64,000 bases of DNA from Thermodesulfobacteriota bacterium (GTDB taxonomy: Bacteria; Desulfobacterota; Desulfarculia; JACQYL01). Position 1 is the stretch's first letter, and every line of letters starts with the position of its first letter. The notes under the pieces were generated by a model, which was not told where the DNA came from, made no database searches, and saw only the letters and a list, made by a program, of their open reading frames with translations. The position numbers were made by a program, and so were the translations under genes. Positions 38,273 through 48,428 of this stretch are shown piece by piece. The DNA lies in the NCBI GenBank assembly GCA_963675595.2, contig CAXXLZ010000001.1:1024001-1088000 (forward strand), written 5' to 3'.

Positions 38273-39811
38273 TCAGGATCGGTGGTTTTCGCGAAGGAGG
38301 TCATTGACGCGTTTCACCGGGTTGAAGGTGAACAAAGGCACTTCCACGAACACCGTGAGCCAACGGGCCATGCCTCCGTTCCAGAGGCCCGGCAGTTCCA
38401 ACGCTTTCAGGGGTCTTCCCTGGTGGGACTTATCGCTGACGAACACGGCGTCCGGATCCCGGAAAGACTCAAGATCAAAAGGGCGGCCTTCGAAATCTCT
38501 CAGGCCGCAAACCAGGTCCACGGGGTTGAAATGGGTTGCGGATCGCCATATGTCTTGTTGCCGTTCGTCTTTCGGGTCCACTTGGGCGGACTCGACGATT
38601 TGCAGACTCGGTTCTCCATCGGTTCCCGTAACCCAGAAAGGACCTCCTCCAGGCTCGCCTTGGTTGCGTACCACGCCGCAAATTCGTAACGGCCGGTTCA
38701 GTTTTTCCATGAGCATTTCTTGTTTCTCGTACGGTCCCATACCGGAATATCCGTCCGGCAGGAAGACGTTTAACGTGGAGCGGGCGAAGTCGGCGATTCC
38801 ATCCAATTCCTCCGGAAGAAGTGTACTCTTTTTCAGTTTTTCCAGCCGGCGGAACAGAGATTTGCGGATTTTGAGAAGAAGGCCGCACAACAGTCTTTTC
38901 TGAAGCAGGACACGAGGCTTGAGCCGGTCCGGGACCACATTATCCACGTTCTTGATGAAGACCAGCTCTCCCACGCATTCTCGAAGGTTCTTCAGAAGTG
39001 CTCCGTGGCCTCCGGGTCTGCGCAAGAGGGTGCCGTCGTCGAGTCTGAAAGGACGATTCTCCAGATCTACGGCCAAGGTGTCCGTAGATGGATCCTGAAC
39101 CGAGAGTTCCACCTGGAACCGTACCGAGAGTGAGGCCTCAAGGCGAGATTTCACCTTACGCAAACATGCCTCCGCTTCTTTGATGTGTTCCGGGGAGAAG
39201 GTGAAATGCAGGCGGCACTGTCGGTTGCCATCGACGATATAGTGGGAGGCTTCAGCAAAATGTTCCTCAAATGCGGTTCTCGATCCTTCGGGATAGCTGT
39301 GAAATGGAACAAAGGCTTTGGGCAGGTTGGCAAGGTTCAGGCCTTGCGGGGTCAACAGCAGTTCCAGTATCCGAGAAGGGTCCGTCCTTCGTATCCAGTC
39401 TTCCACTTTGGTGACGGGCCTGTCCAACAAGCGGCAGAGATGATCGAAGAAGGCGAACTGCGGAAGTTCGTCCATGAATACCCGCATTCGCTCTCCGGCC
39501 TCGGAGTCCAAAGGCTCTCCCAAGTGTGCGCGGAGAGGGTCCTGAAACATTCGGGTGGCCGCACCGGAGGCGGGAACGAAGCACATGAGCCTCCCCGCGG
39601 CAGCGGCTCGTGCGTGTTCGTCCGAAAGTTCCGTGTCATCTTCCGGAAGTTCTCCGAGAACTCCGTCTCCGAGAGTCGCGGGGCGATTGAGGGTCAAATA
39701 ATGCGGCCCTTTTTTGAGAACCTCGACCTGCCTTCTCAATTCGTCGGCGTTCAGGTTCCGATCCGCCGGCCGACTCAGGTCTTGGGGGGTGAAAACGTCT
39801 TGCTCAGGCAT
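38273..39811 (-). CDS. DUF4301 family protein (nucleotidyltransferase-like fold)
   Basis: FVPASGAATRMF, RPGGHGALL, KNVDNV, GEPGGGPFW, THFNPVD, LWNG.MA.W. Confidence 0.88.
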   Translation of the reverse strand: MPEQDVFTPQDLSRPADRNLNADELRRQVEVLKKGPHYLTLNRPATLGDGVLGELPEDDTELSDEHARAAAAGRLMCFVPASGAATRMFQDPLRAHLGEPLDSEAGERMRVFMDELPQFAFFDHLCRLLDRPVTKVEDWIRRTDPSRILELLLTPQGLNLANLPKAFVPFHSYPEGSRTAFEEHFAEASHYIVDGNRQCRLHFTFSPEHIKEAEACLRKVKSRLEASLSVRFQVELSVQDPSTDTLAVDLENRPFRLDDGTLLRRPGGHGALLKNLRECVGELVFIKNVDNVVPDRLKPRVLLQKRLLCGLLLKIRKSLFRRLEKLKKSTLLPEELDGIADFARSTLNVFLPDGYSGMGPYEKQEMLMEKLNRPLRICGVVRNQGEPGGGPFWVTGTDGEPSLQIVESAQVDPKDERQQDIWRSATHFNPVDLVCGLRDFEGRPFDLESFRDPDAVFVSDKSHQGRPLKALELPGLWNGGMARWLTVFVEVPLFTFNPVKRVNDLLRENHRS

Positions 39812-40091
39812 GTATCCTCCCGTTATATAGGTTCCGTCCGGAACATTAAAACCTTACGTGGACCGGCAATGCAAGAATTAACGGGTCGCGGGCGAACATG
39901 CAACCACTGCAGGGAGCGGGCCGTCCGATATCCTTCACCGTTTCCTCATGCTTTTTAGTCTCGGCTTCGGGAAACCGACGGCCCGTATTGAATGGTTCTC
40001 CGTCGATCGGCCGTTTCACCTCAATCCAGGGGGGCTTTAAACGGGATCGCTCTTTGGCCGATAGAAGAGAATCCAGAGAAAGGAAGGGGAT

Positions 40092-40514
40092 TTGCAGGTT
40101 CTCGAGGATGACCGGTACTGTTTTGCCTGTGGACCGAACAACCCGGTGGGCTTACACATGAAGGTGGACTATGAGCCGGATAAAGCTCATTGTAGAATCG
40201 TTCTCCCCAAGGAGTATCAAGGATGGGTAAACGTGGTGCACGGCGGAGTGTTGGCCACGCTGTTGGACGAGATCATGGCTCATGCCGTGCTCAAACACGC
40301 CGGGGAGGGGGTTACGGCTCGACTCAACATTCGGTTCCGCGCCGCGGCGGAAGTCGGCATACCGCTCGACGTTTCGGGCTGGATTGAGAAGCGAAAGAAG
40401 CGAGTCATCGAAGCCGGGGCGGAGATCAGGAGGGCTTCGGACCGGATGCTGGTCGCCGAAGCGGAGAGCCGGTTTCTGCTGCGCGAACCGGCTTTGCCCT
40501 CCAACGAAACTTGA
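40092..40514 (+). CDS. PaaI-family thioesterase
   Basis: CFACG..NP.GL, HGG..ATLLDE. Confidence 0.88.
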   Translation: MQVLEDDRYCFACGPNNPVGLHMKVDYEPDKAHCRIVLPKEYQGWVNVVHGGVLATLLDEIMAHAVLKHAGEGVTARLNIRFRAAAEVGIPLDVSGWIEKRKKRVIEAGAEIRRASDRMLVAEAESRFLLREPALPSNET

Positions 40515-40527
40515 GAGGGCGGCGCTC

Positions 40528-41373
40528 ATGGAGCGAGTCTGCAAAGCGGTGATACCCGCGGCGGGTCGTGGCCTTCGGATGCGATCGATATCAGGCGGCA
40601 CGCCCAAAGAAATGCTGATCGTGGGTGGTAAGCCCATGATCCTGAGGGCGCTGGAAATGCACCTCGCCTGCGGAATAACGCAAATCGCCGTTTTGGTGTC
40701 TCCGGAAAAGATGTGGATGAAGGAGTATCTTTCCGGTTTGATCCGCGACGCGGATTCCTTTTCGTCCTTTTCGCGTGACGGCCGGCGGGCGGCGGAATTG
40801 CTGTTTATCGAGCAGGAGGAACCTCTAGGCGTGGCTCATGCGGTCTCCTTGTCCAGGGAGTTTGTGGGGAACCATCCTTTCGCGCTGGTCATGCCTGATT
40901 CTTTGTTGGCCGCACCTGTTTCCTTCCTCGCCCAGCTCCTGAAGGTATATTCGCAGTATCCGGTGGACACGATAGGTTTTTTCCGCCTGGAAAGATCTCG
41001 TGCTCACGAATTCGGGAATGTGGGGCTGCTGGAGGTGGAGCCGGTGGCTCCTCCCTTATATCGAGTGCTCCACCTGTCCGATAAAAATTCGGGCACGGTA
41101 CGATTCGAGGGGGAGAATCACGCCAAGGGTTTCGCGGGCGGGATTTACGGCCCGGGCTACTTTGATTTGATTCCTCGAGCCAATCCGGCCGGCGGGGAAC
41201 TGGACGATGTTCCCATCCATCAGGAACTGATTCACCGGGGCGCTTTGTACGGTGTGGAGTTGGAAGGGATTCCGTTTGACCTGGGGAATCCCGCAGGATA
41301 CCTTTCAGCGGCGAGATACTTTCAATCTGTTGCGCAAGGACTTGAGAACGAAGGTGCGGCGAATGGTCAATAG
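40528..41373 (+). CDS. Sugar-phosphate nucleotidyltransferase (GalU-like)
   Basis: KAVIPAAGRG.R...PKEM, Q.EPLG..HA, D.G. Confidence 0.85.
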   Translation: MERVCKAVIPAAGRGLRMRSISGGTPKEMLIVGGKPMILRALEMHLACGITQIAVLVSPEKMWMKEYLSGLIRDADSFSSFSRDGRRAAELLFIEQEEPLGVAHAVSLSREFVGNHPFALVMPDSLLAAPVSFLAQLLKVYSQYPVDTIGFFRLERSRAHEFGNVGLLEVEPVAPPLYRVLHLSDKNSGTVRFEGENHAKGFAGGIYGPGYFDLIPRANPAGGELDDVPIHQELIHRGALYGVELEGIPFDLGNPAGYLSAARYFQSVAQGLENEGAANGQ

Positions 41374-41560
41374 CCATACCCGAGACGTCATCAGAAAAGA
41401 ACTGGAACACCTGTCAACGGGACAATTGGAGCAGCTCCGCCAATGGTACGTGGAGCTTGTCCATAAAGATGATGCGATCCTCCGGGAGGAGGACATCTGC
41501 CATGCGGTTGTCGCTGGAGAAATCATCGACGAGCGAGCTAGAAAGAGACGTATCGATTAA
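41363..41560 (+). CDS. Small hypothetical protein (65 aa)
   Basis: ATG overlaps the end of the upstream gene; helical, protein-like composition. Confidence 0.5.
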   Translation: MVNSHTRDVIRKELEHLSTGQLEQLRQWYVELVHKDDAILREEDICHAVVAGEIIDERARKRRID

Positions 41561-41607
41561 TCTAAAAGATATTCTGAGGCCGGAAACTCGGCTGAGAGGG
41601 CCGACGG

Positions 41608-41964
41608 ATGTGGATATTTTCAATGGACGGATTTTTCTCCGTCGTTTCCAAACACTGCGGACCCGACGAAGTCCTGGTAAGGACTCGACGTCGTTCGGAT
41701 ATGAATAGGTTTCTCGAAAGAATCGGGAGGACCGACATTCCCGTTCTGGAGATTTCAGGTTCGGACTACGCTTTCCGGACCAAGGTCCCGAGGGACCTAT
41801 GGGCCGAATACCTGAGCGATCATGCCTCGGCGGACATTGACTACGATAATTTTCGCGTGGCCCTTGAGCTGCTTTACCCGGATGACTCGCAGCGGAGAGA
41901 GGCGTACCACCGGGTGTACGAAATCATGGCGGCATGGCAGGACGAGCCGGACGAAACGGAGTAG
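41608..41964 (+). CDS. Hypothetical protein (MWIF..GFFS.V family)
   Basis: N-terminus MWIFSMDGFFSVV...LVR.R, DY.FR, IDYDNF. Confidence 0.7.
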   Translation: MWIFSMDGFFSVVSKHCGPDEVLVRTRRRSDMNRFLERIGRTDIPVLEISGSDYAFRTKVPRDLWAEYLSDHASADIDYDNFRVALELLYPDDSQRREAYHRVYEIMAAWQDEPDETE

Positions 41965-41989
41965 GAATCGGCAGTTCCGGAAAAAGGAA

Positions 41990-42220
41990 TCAAAAAAGTC
42001 GGGGCTCGTCGCGTTCGTCGGGGGAGGTTTCTTCCGAGGAGACGAAGACGGCTCGGACGCGGTGCTTTACAAGGCGGGACGACATTTCGGAGAAAAGAAA
42101 AGGCTCCCGAAAATCCCTGAAATCGGGGCATTTCAAGGCCCTTCGGCATTTCTTGCAGACTTCCACCGCCACTCGGGGCTGATTCCGTCTGTTCGTGCAT
42201 GTGATGTATCTGGTCGTCAT
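41990..42220 (-). CDS. Small Cys-rich hypothetical protein
   Basis: C...CKKC...C pattern; last ORF on the pil strand. Confidence 0.45.
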   Translation of the reverse strand: MTTRYITCTNRRNQPRVAVEVCKKCRRALKCPDFRDFREPFLFSEMSSRLVKHRVRAVFVSSEETSPDERDEPRLF

Positions 42221-42294
42221 GTGTTCGCAGGACTTTTCTTAGTCACACGGTGAGTCATGTCCGAAGCCGGGGCCGCGGTAAAACCTCGGCTCCT

Positions 42295-44307
42295 TTAACT
42301 GCTCGTTGTTTCTCCGATTCCGATGGTGACTTCCCTCTTTCCTTTGGAACCGCCGTTCTTCTCCGATACGATGAGCCGGTCGGGTAGAATCTTGACGACT
42401 TTTCCGCCGGCGCTGCCGAGAGATTCTCGGAGTCCCACCACATACTCGTTCCGGCGGGGGTCCTGAACCAAGGCTTTAACCATGTTGCCTCTGGACATGA
42501 TCCCGACGAACCGGAATGCTTTCGCCTCAAGGCTGCGCAAGCCCGTATCCGGCATCACAAAGGAGCCTTTCGGGTCCAAGCGGGCCAAAGTGCGGGGGAA
42601 AGGTTTGAAAGGATCCCTCAGGTCACGGGGAGAAACGGCGTAAGGCTCGGGAATCCGTTCAAGGTCGGCATCGGGAGCCGGGGCGATCCAAACGAATCGG
42701 CCGCAACGAAGCTGTTGCAGGTTGCCGGCGTCGAGTATCCGTTCAAGCGCCTCATCCAGAGATTGCACCTCCATTTTCAAGGTGATCCGCCCTTGAACTT
42801 CCGGTGCGGCCACTAGTTGCAACCCGTTCAAACTGCCTACCATTCGAAGGGCGCTCCGAATTTCCGCGTCATGAAAGTCGAAGCTGACCGCACCATTGCG
42901 GTCGGCTTTGCGCACGGAAGTCGAGGGGGAGGGAACGCTTTTTTTCCGTTGAGACGCCGTATACGCGGCCACAACGGACTTGGTTTCCTTCTTCCGGGCG
43001 ACTGTTGCCGTTGGTGCCGGTTCGGCGGACTCGCGGCGAAGCTCGCGAGGGGGGCCTGCATGGACGGTTTCCGCAGTTGATAACCGCTGTTCGGGGGAAC
43101 TCTCTTTTGTCTCGTCACGGACTTTTTCGGCCAAGGTCGGAAGAACGGGAGCTTTTCCGAACTCAAAAGCGGTGTCCGGTTCGGCAAGGCTCGAGTCGAG
43201 GAGACTGATTTCCGTGGATGCTCTATCAAGGGAGGGTGACGAGAAAACCACAAACACTTCGCGGGGCTCCTCGCGGATTTCCGCGGGGGGAGTCAGCGCA
43301 CCTGCGAATTCGAATACAATGCGGGTCTTGTCCTCGTGTTTCCCGATTCTGACTTCCTTTAGACCACCTCGATTCAAAGCCAGGGTGTCCAGAGCCTTGG
43401 AAGGATGAACCCCGTATAGGTCCAGTACCAATCGGTCCGGGGCCGAAAGCTCGAACCGGTGGACCCGTTGAATGTCTTCTTTTGAATGAATTCGGAATTC
43501 GATGCGGTCCGAAAAAACCTTGTAGGAAGCCACCACGGATGAAGAATCTCCCAGCGCCCCGGATTCAATGGGGCTTTCGGGCCGCTTCAACTCTATGGGA
43601 GGCGCCGGCAAGGCCGGTGTGCTCTCCTCGGCGGCCGGCACGGCTTGCTCTGTTTCAACGGGGGGGGTCTCCACCGCACCTTGTCCGGGCTGGATCAAAA
43701 TTCGTTTGGAGAATCTTGCGTAAGGATCCGGAGTCGAGGCCGTCGGTTCCTCGGCCGTACCACTTTTGGATGCCGGCCCCTCGGTTTCAGGCTCGGGGAG
43801 TTCTTCCGCGACTTCGTCGGCACGGGCCTCGGGTCGTCCGATGGACTCACGGGCGGTTGCGGCAACCCCGACCGGCTTCAGAACGAACGTTAGTTGGTTG
43901 TCTCGGGTTGAGGCCTCGTATTCGGCGTCTTCGGTGAGCGCCGCCGTGAGCAGCACGTATTCTATTTCCGGAACTCCGGAAGACTTCACCGTAACGTTTC
44001 GGATCAAACCCGCTCCTGGAAGCTCGCGGTTCTTTAGAGACGGATCCAAAGCGGTGTGGGGAAATTCCACCAGGAGCCGTAACGGATCGAACAGTTTGTA
44101 GGCTGCGTATACGAGCTCGTGAGGGCTCTGGATCGTCAGCTTGGTCCCCTCGGAGTCCTCATGGACAGCGACGGCACCGACCATCGCAACGGGCTCCTGG
44201 GGTTGGCCCGGAGTTTCCTTCTTGACCGCTTTCCCGGATTCGCACGAGACGAAAACCGACGAGCAGAGAAAAACGATCAACACGAGGCAACACAGACGTC
44301 TGGTCAT
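42295..44307 (-). CDS. Lipoprotein: AMIN-AMIN-STN/N0 (PilQ N-terminal like) plus C-terminal PilP-like domain
   Basis: Lipobox VSC; AMIN motifs LFDPLRLLVE and LSAPDRLVLD...VRIGKH.DKTRIVFE; VSFDFHDAEIR; RDPFKPF...FVGI....ALVQDP...G....G.V.KI. Confidence 0.75.
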   Translation of the reverse strand: MTRRLCCLVLIVFLCSSVFVSCESGKAVKKETPGQPQEPVAMVGAVAVHEDSEGTKLTIQSPHELVYAAYKLFDPLRLLVEFPHTALDPSLKNRELPGAGLIRNVTVKSSGVPEIEYVLLTAALTEDAEYEASTRDNQLTFVLKPVGVAATARESIGRPEARADEVAEELPEPETEGPASKSGTAEEPTASTPDPYARFSKRILIQPGQGAVETPPVETEQAVPAAEESTPALPAPPIELKRPESPIESGALGDSSSVVASYKVFSDRIEFRIHSKEDIQRVHRFELSAPDRLVLDLYGVHPSKALDTLALNRGGLKEVRIGKHEDKTRIVFEFAGALTPPAEIREEPREVFVVFSSPSLDRASTEISLLDSSLAEPDTAFEFGKAPVLPTLAEKVRDETKESSPEQRLSTAETVHAGPPRELRRESAEPAPTATVARKKETKSVVAAYTASQRKKSVPSPSTSVRKADRNGAVSFDFHDAEIRSALRMVGSLNGLQLVAAPEVQGRITLKMEVQSLDEALERILDAGNLQQLRCGRFVWIAPAPDADLERIPEPYAVSPRDLRDPFKPFPRTLARLDPKGSFVMPDTGLRSLEAKAFRFVGIMSRGNMVKALVQDPRRNEYVVGLRESLGSAGGKVVKILPDRLIVSEKNGGSKGKREVTIGIGETTSS

Positions 44308-44337
44308 TTCTCGTTCTCTCGATCGTGGGTTGAGGGA

Positions 44338-45924
44338 TCAACGCACCGTTGGACTCAGCGGATCTCCGAGCTTGACGAATGCCGTTTTGCCCGTGGACGA
44401 TTCGATTAATTCGATACGATCCGGCAATATGCGGGCCACCTGCCATGAGCTTTGGGCAATGCGCGTCTTTCCGGATACAATGTAGGCGCGGTGCTCCGGA
44501 TCTTCCAACAGTGCTTTGCCCGCCGAGCCGCCGACCGCGATTCCTCTCAGTCTCAGATCGCCGATTTTCTGACTGGAAAAGGGCTTGGGAGCAACCCTGC
44601 GAGCTTCGCTCCACGTCGTCGGGGGCGGGCCGGCCGCCTGGATCACCTCTTCGAAAGCCTGATCCCAGGTCACGTCGTCGATACTGACCGATACCACACC
44701 CCGCAGGTTGGACCCGGCGACGATGTTCTTCTTGCTCATATCACTGATGAGGCCGAGGACGCCTTTCAAATCGGCTTCAAGGGTATTGAGAGAGAACACT
44801 TCCACGGCCCCCACCTCAGGCGCCGGGGGAAGCGACTCCGGCCGCTTTTTCAACGGTTGCGATTCGGCTTCCGCCGGTCCGGGAGACGGCTGGACCGGCG
44901 CGGGTCTATCCGTGAGCAAAGGCGGGGTCTCGAACTTCGGTTCCGGAGCCGGTTTGACTGCTTCCGGAGTTGGCGCGGGAGCGGGAGACACCGATTTAAG
45001 CTGTTGCGCGGGCTTCTTGAGAGGGGTTGCAGGCTTTTCCTGAGAGACCGGGAGAACATCCTTGTTGAGACGGAACAGCAGTCTCAGCTCATTGGAGTTC
45101 TTGTTCACTTCCGTTTCGGGCATGGAGCCCGGATTGAACTCGAATACCAGCCTAATCTTGTCGGGGTGGCTCCCCAGGCGCACCTGTCTGAGCTCAGGCC
45201 GATCCACAATCAGTGTTCGCGACGGACCGGTGGTCGAAACGCCGAATAGGTCAAACACCAGGCGCGGGGGAGATTCGAGGGTAAACCTGCTGATGCGGCT
45301 TAGTTCGCCTGCGGAGCGGACCAGGACGATGACCCTGTCCTCGTAGGATTCGAAGGAGACTTTGAGGGAGTCCGACTCTCCCACGGCACCTTTCCGGAGC
45401 GGCGGGTGCTCCACCGTCTTAGACACGAGGGGCTGGGAGATCGGCGCTTTTTCCTCGGGCAGGGCGGTCTCCTGAATGTGCATCGCTGGCCTCAGGGCAA
45501 ACGAAAGGCCTTGATCTGAAACCGAAGTCTCATAGACGACTTGCTGCTCAAGGACGAGGGTGATTCTGATGCCGCCTTCATCCGTGCCCACCAGCGGACC
45601 TACGTCGGCTCGCTCGACGAGCTTTCCTTCCATGTCAAGAACCGGAGGATCCGGTGTCCTTCTGGTTGCACCGGGAAGGTCCACCACGAATCGGGTCGGT
45701 GCGGACATGAGATAAGCTTTGAACAACAAGTTCGAATCGCCCTGCACGGTCAACCTCGCTACGTCTCCATCCTCTTTCACGGAGATCGTGCCGACCGTCC
45801 GGGCCTTCTCTGTGGGAAGCGCCGGAGAGGGGCCTTTGGCGGGGCCTGCGCAACTTCCACTAAAAACAACCGGAAGCAGCGCCAAGAGCACGGCAATAAC
45901 GCCTTTAGTCCGTCGAAAAACCAT
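44338..45924 (-). CDS. Second AMIN-AMIN-STN plus PilP-like lipoprotein
   Basis: Lipobox SGSC; PTRFVVDL, PPRLVFDL...VRLGSHPDKIRLVFE; STN-like ...DVTWDQA; LRLRGI....ALLEDP. Start set at ATG 45924. Confidence 0.72.
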   Translation of the reverse strand: MVFRRTKGVIAVLLALLPVVFSGSCAGPAKGPSPALPTEKARTVGTISVKEDGDVARLTVQGDSNLLFKAYLMSAPTRFVVDLPGATRRTPDPPVLDMEGKLVERADVGPLVGTDEGGIRITLVLEQQVVYETSVSDQGLSFALRPAMHIQETALPEEKAPISQPLVSKTVEHPPLRKGAVGESDSLKVSFESYEDRVIVLVRSAGELSRISRFTLESPPRLVFDLFGVSTTGPSRTLIVDRPELRQVRLGSHPDKIRLVFEFNPGSMPETEVNKNSNELRLLFRLNKDVLPVSQEKPATPLKKPAQQLKSVSPAPAPTPEAVKPAPEPKFETPPLLTDRPAPVQPSPGPAEAESQPLKKRPESLPPAPEVGAVEVFSLNTLEADLKGVLGLISDMSKKNIVAGSNLRGVVSVSIDDVTWDQAFEEVIQAAGPPPTTWSEARRVAPKPFSSQKIGDLRLRGIAVGGSAGKALLEDPEHRAYIVSGKTRIAQSSWQVARILPDRIELIESSTGKTAFVKLGDPLSPTVR

Positions 45925-45946
45925 AAAAACAGGTCGCCTCACGAGT

Positions 45947-46519
45947 CTACTCGGATACCGAGCCGTAGGTTCGGATGGAGAAGTCTCCTTCAAGAACCAC
46001 CGAGGTTCCGGATATTTCATGTGGTTCCAACACCAGCCGGTCAAACTCCAGGATTTTTTCAAGACGATCCACAGCCGAAAAGAACTCGGAAAACTGGACG
46101 TATGTTCCCAAGGCCCTGACATGAATCGGTGTCTCCATGAAGTCCTCAAGCTCGGTTTGCGCGCCGATGTCGAAGGATACAAAGCGGATCCCGGATGCAT
46201 TCGCCGCTTCCGTGAGTCCCCTGGCGACCGCCATTGTGCCTCCCGTTCCCGGCAGCAGGACACGCAGTTTTTCAAATTCCTTGCGCGCTTGCTCTATTTC
46301 CAGGCCAACGTTCCGGAACTCCTCTTCCATAGCTTTGAGGTCGGTGTTGGCTTGTTCGAGGCTTCCGATCTCCTCGGATAACTTTCGTGATTCTTCTCGG
46401 TGGATCTGAAAAAAGACGAAATAGAAGAGTGCCGCCACGGCGAGAAGAGAGCACACCCACACCAGCAGAACCAGGGCGGAAGCCCCATTCTCGGCCCGTG
46501 ATCCGAATGTGCGTCTCAT
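45947..46519 (-). CDS. pilO: Type IV pilus PilO
   Basis: TM, coiled coil, LLP, P...GTY..F..F. Confidence 0.85.
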   Translation of the reverse strand: MRRTFGSRAENGASALVLLVWVCSLLAVAALFYFVFFQIHREESRKLSEEIGSLEQANTDLKAMEEEFRNVGLEIEQARKEFEKLRVLLPGTGGTMAVARGLTEAANASGIRFVSFDIGAQTELEDFMETPIHVRALGTYVQFSEFFSAVDRLEKILEFDRLVLEPHEISGTSVVLEGDFSIRTYGSVSE

Positions 46520-47166
46520 ACGCGGTCTTTCAGCGAGAAAGTGATCTGAAATTCCATTCCGTCTTCCGAAGATGCTTTTGCAGTCGGCGAGCCGGACGCT
46601 GTTTCTTCTTTGGATCCTTTCTTCTTCGAATCTTCATCGGCGTCAGGACCCGGACTCTGAAGATCTTTCCATTGTGAAGGCACCAGCCCTCTCTCCGTGG
46701 AAACAAGGGCCACCGACCCGAAGTGGGGAGATTCGCCCAAGCGTTGCAGATACTCGTCCACGACCTTCCGGTCCGTAGCTACCCCATTTATTACCACCTT
46801 ACCCCCCTGCATTTCCAGGCGAGACAAGAATATCTTATCCGGAATCAGGGCCTTGCTCAACTGATCAAGGAGCAGAATGGGCGCGCTTTTCTTGTGAGCC
46901 AAGTTGACAATGAAGTCGATTTTTCGATGAATATCGGTGTTTTCTTTGCGCATTGCATCCAAGGCACCGGCCGAATAGACGAGTTCCCTGTTTTCGGCCT
47001 GCTTTTCCGCCCGGGCGCGCCTGAGGCGATCGAGATTTTCAGTGCGTTGGTAGTAGATGTAGAAGCAGAGGGAGAGGGCCAGAAGCATGATCGCGGCATA
47101 GACCCAGCCATGGCCGAGTACGCCGCCTTTCTCCCATCGATTGGGCGAGAGGTTGATCCGGATCAC
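46516..47166 (-). CDS. pilN: Type IV pilus PilN
   Basis: MIRINL N-terminus, TM, coiled coil. Confidence 0.88.
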   Translation of the reverse strand: MIRINLSPNRWEKGGVLGHGWVYAAIMLLALSLCFYIYYQRTENLDRLRRARAEKQAENRELVYSAGALDAMRKENTDIHRKIDFIVNLAHKKSAPILLLDQLSKALIPDKIFLSRLEMQGGKVVINGVATDRKVVDEYLQRLGESPHFGSVALVSTERGLVPSQWKDLQSPGPDADEDSKKKGSKEETASGSPTAKASSEDGMEFQITFSLKDRV

Positions 47167-48224
47167 TGAACTCCTCGCTTTCTCAGTGCGAGCCCAACAC
47201 CGACGCCGGCAAGGGAACCGGATTCGGTTAGGTAATCGGGATCGAACTTGGCCGAGGGGGCCTCCATACCGGCGAACGGGTTGAATATACCCACCTCGAT
47301 ACCGATTTTGTCCTGTAGGTAGGGTGCGAGCCCCATAATCCGTGCGCCGCCGCCGGCCAAGCCGATTTCACGGACACGAACGCCGTCGTGGGTTCGTTCG
47401 ACCAAGTCCGTCAGCCCACGGATTTGCGCAGACCACTGATCCGCGGTATCGAAAATGATTTCCCTGACTTTCTCAAAGACGTCGTGCGTAACCGCCATGC
47501 CCAGTTTTATCCGTTCAGCTTCCGCGTCGTCAACTTTCAAACACTCTTTGATCCGCAGATCGATCTCTGTTCCGCCGGGCGAGAGCTCTTTAACTAGAAG
47601 GGACTTGCCCTGGTGGACAACGTTGACATGGATGCGTTCCGCCCCTAAATCAGCCAACATGACCGGAGTGGTATGATTCGGCGAGGTGGCTTCGTAAGCG
47701 TTTTGCAGCGCCAGAGGGCCGGCGTCGATAACCTTGGCCGATATTTTCGCCTTGGCCGCCAAATCAAGCAGCGCCTGGACATGGACCGCTTTGGCCGCCA
47801 CAAAGAGAACTTCGGCTTTGTCTCCTTTTTTCCGTGGAGGCGCGATCATTTGGGCGTCCGTAATCAATTCGTTCAGGTCGAGGGATAACCTGTCCTCCGC
47901 CTCCTTCTGCACCGCCTTGGCAAAATCCTTGTCTCCGGCGTATCTCAGGGAGATATGTTCGACGAATAGGGGAAGTTCCGAGGACGCCACGGCGAATTCC
48001 CGGGACGTGATGCGAAGATTCTTGAGGAGGGCGCGAATTTGATGGGCCAGGAAGTCTCGGTCTTCTTCGTCTTCCAGGTAGGCTTGTCTTCGGGGAAGCC
48101 GTAACATGCCGAAATCGAGGAGCTTCGGCTTACCACGACCCGGCTTGACCCTACAGACCTTGAGAATGCGGGCTCCGATATCCAAGCCGATGAGAGGCTT
48201 TTCGGCACCGAAGAATCCCATCAT
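47163..48224 (-). CDS. pilM: Type IV pilus PilM
   Basis: IGLDIG, DLGA, LAGGGA, NPF, VGLALR actin-like motifs. Confidence 0.9.
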   Translation of the reverse strand: MMGFFGAEKPLIGLDIGARILKVCRVKPGRGKPKLLDFGMLRLPRRQAYLEDEEDRDFLAHQIRALLKNLRITSREFAVASSELPLFVEHISLRYAGDKDFAKAVQKEAEDRLSLDLNELITDAQMIAPPRKKGDKAEVLFVAAKAVHVQALLDLAAKAKISAKVIDAGPLALQNAYEATSPNHTTPVMLADLGAERIHVNVVHQGKSLLVKELSPGGTEIDLRIKECLKVDDAEAERIKLGMAVTHDVFEKVREIIFDTADQWSAQIRGLTDLVERTHDGVRVREIGLAGGGARIMGLAPYLQDKIGIEVGIFNPFAGMEAPSAKFDPDYLTESGSLAGVGVGLALRKRGVQ

Positions 48225-48227
48225 GAA

Positions 48228-48428
48228 TTAGTCGCTTCCAAAAACTTGATCGTGATCTGCCAGGTCAAAGCCGAGCGCCAAAAGGACCTTCCTCTTGGTT
48301 TCCATTCGACAGTTGAAACCCTTTTCGATTCGATCGATGGTGATGGGGGAAACACCGGCTTTCCGCGCGAGTTCAGCCTTGCTCATGAGCAAACGCTCAC
48401 GGGCCGCTTTGACCCTGTTCAGGGGCAT
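48228..48428 (-). CDS. XRE-family HTH regulator
   Basis: SKAELARKAGVSPITIDRIEKG. Confidence 0.88.
   Translation of the reverse strand: MPLNRVKAARERLLMSKAELARKAGVSPITIDRIEKGFNCRMETKRKVLLALGFDLADHDQVFGSD

Noticed and set aside
45925-46275. N-terminal extension of the 645-aa ORF
   Set aside because: It overlaps pilO in another frame; the lipoprotein signal starts at ATG 45924.
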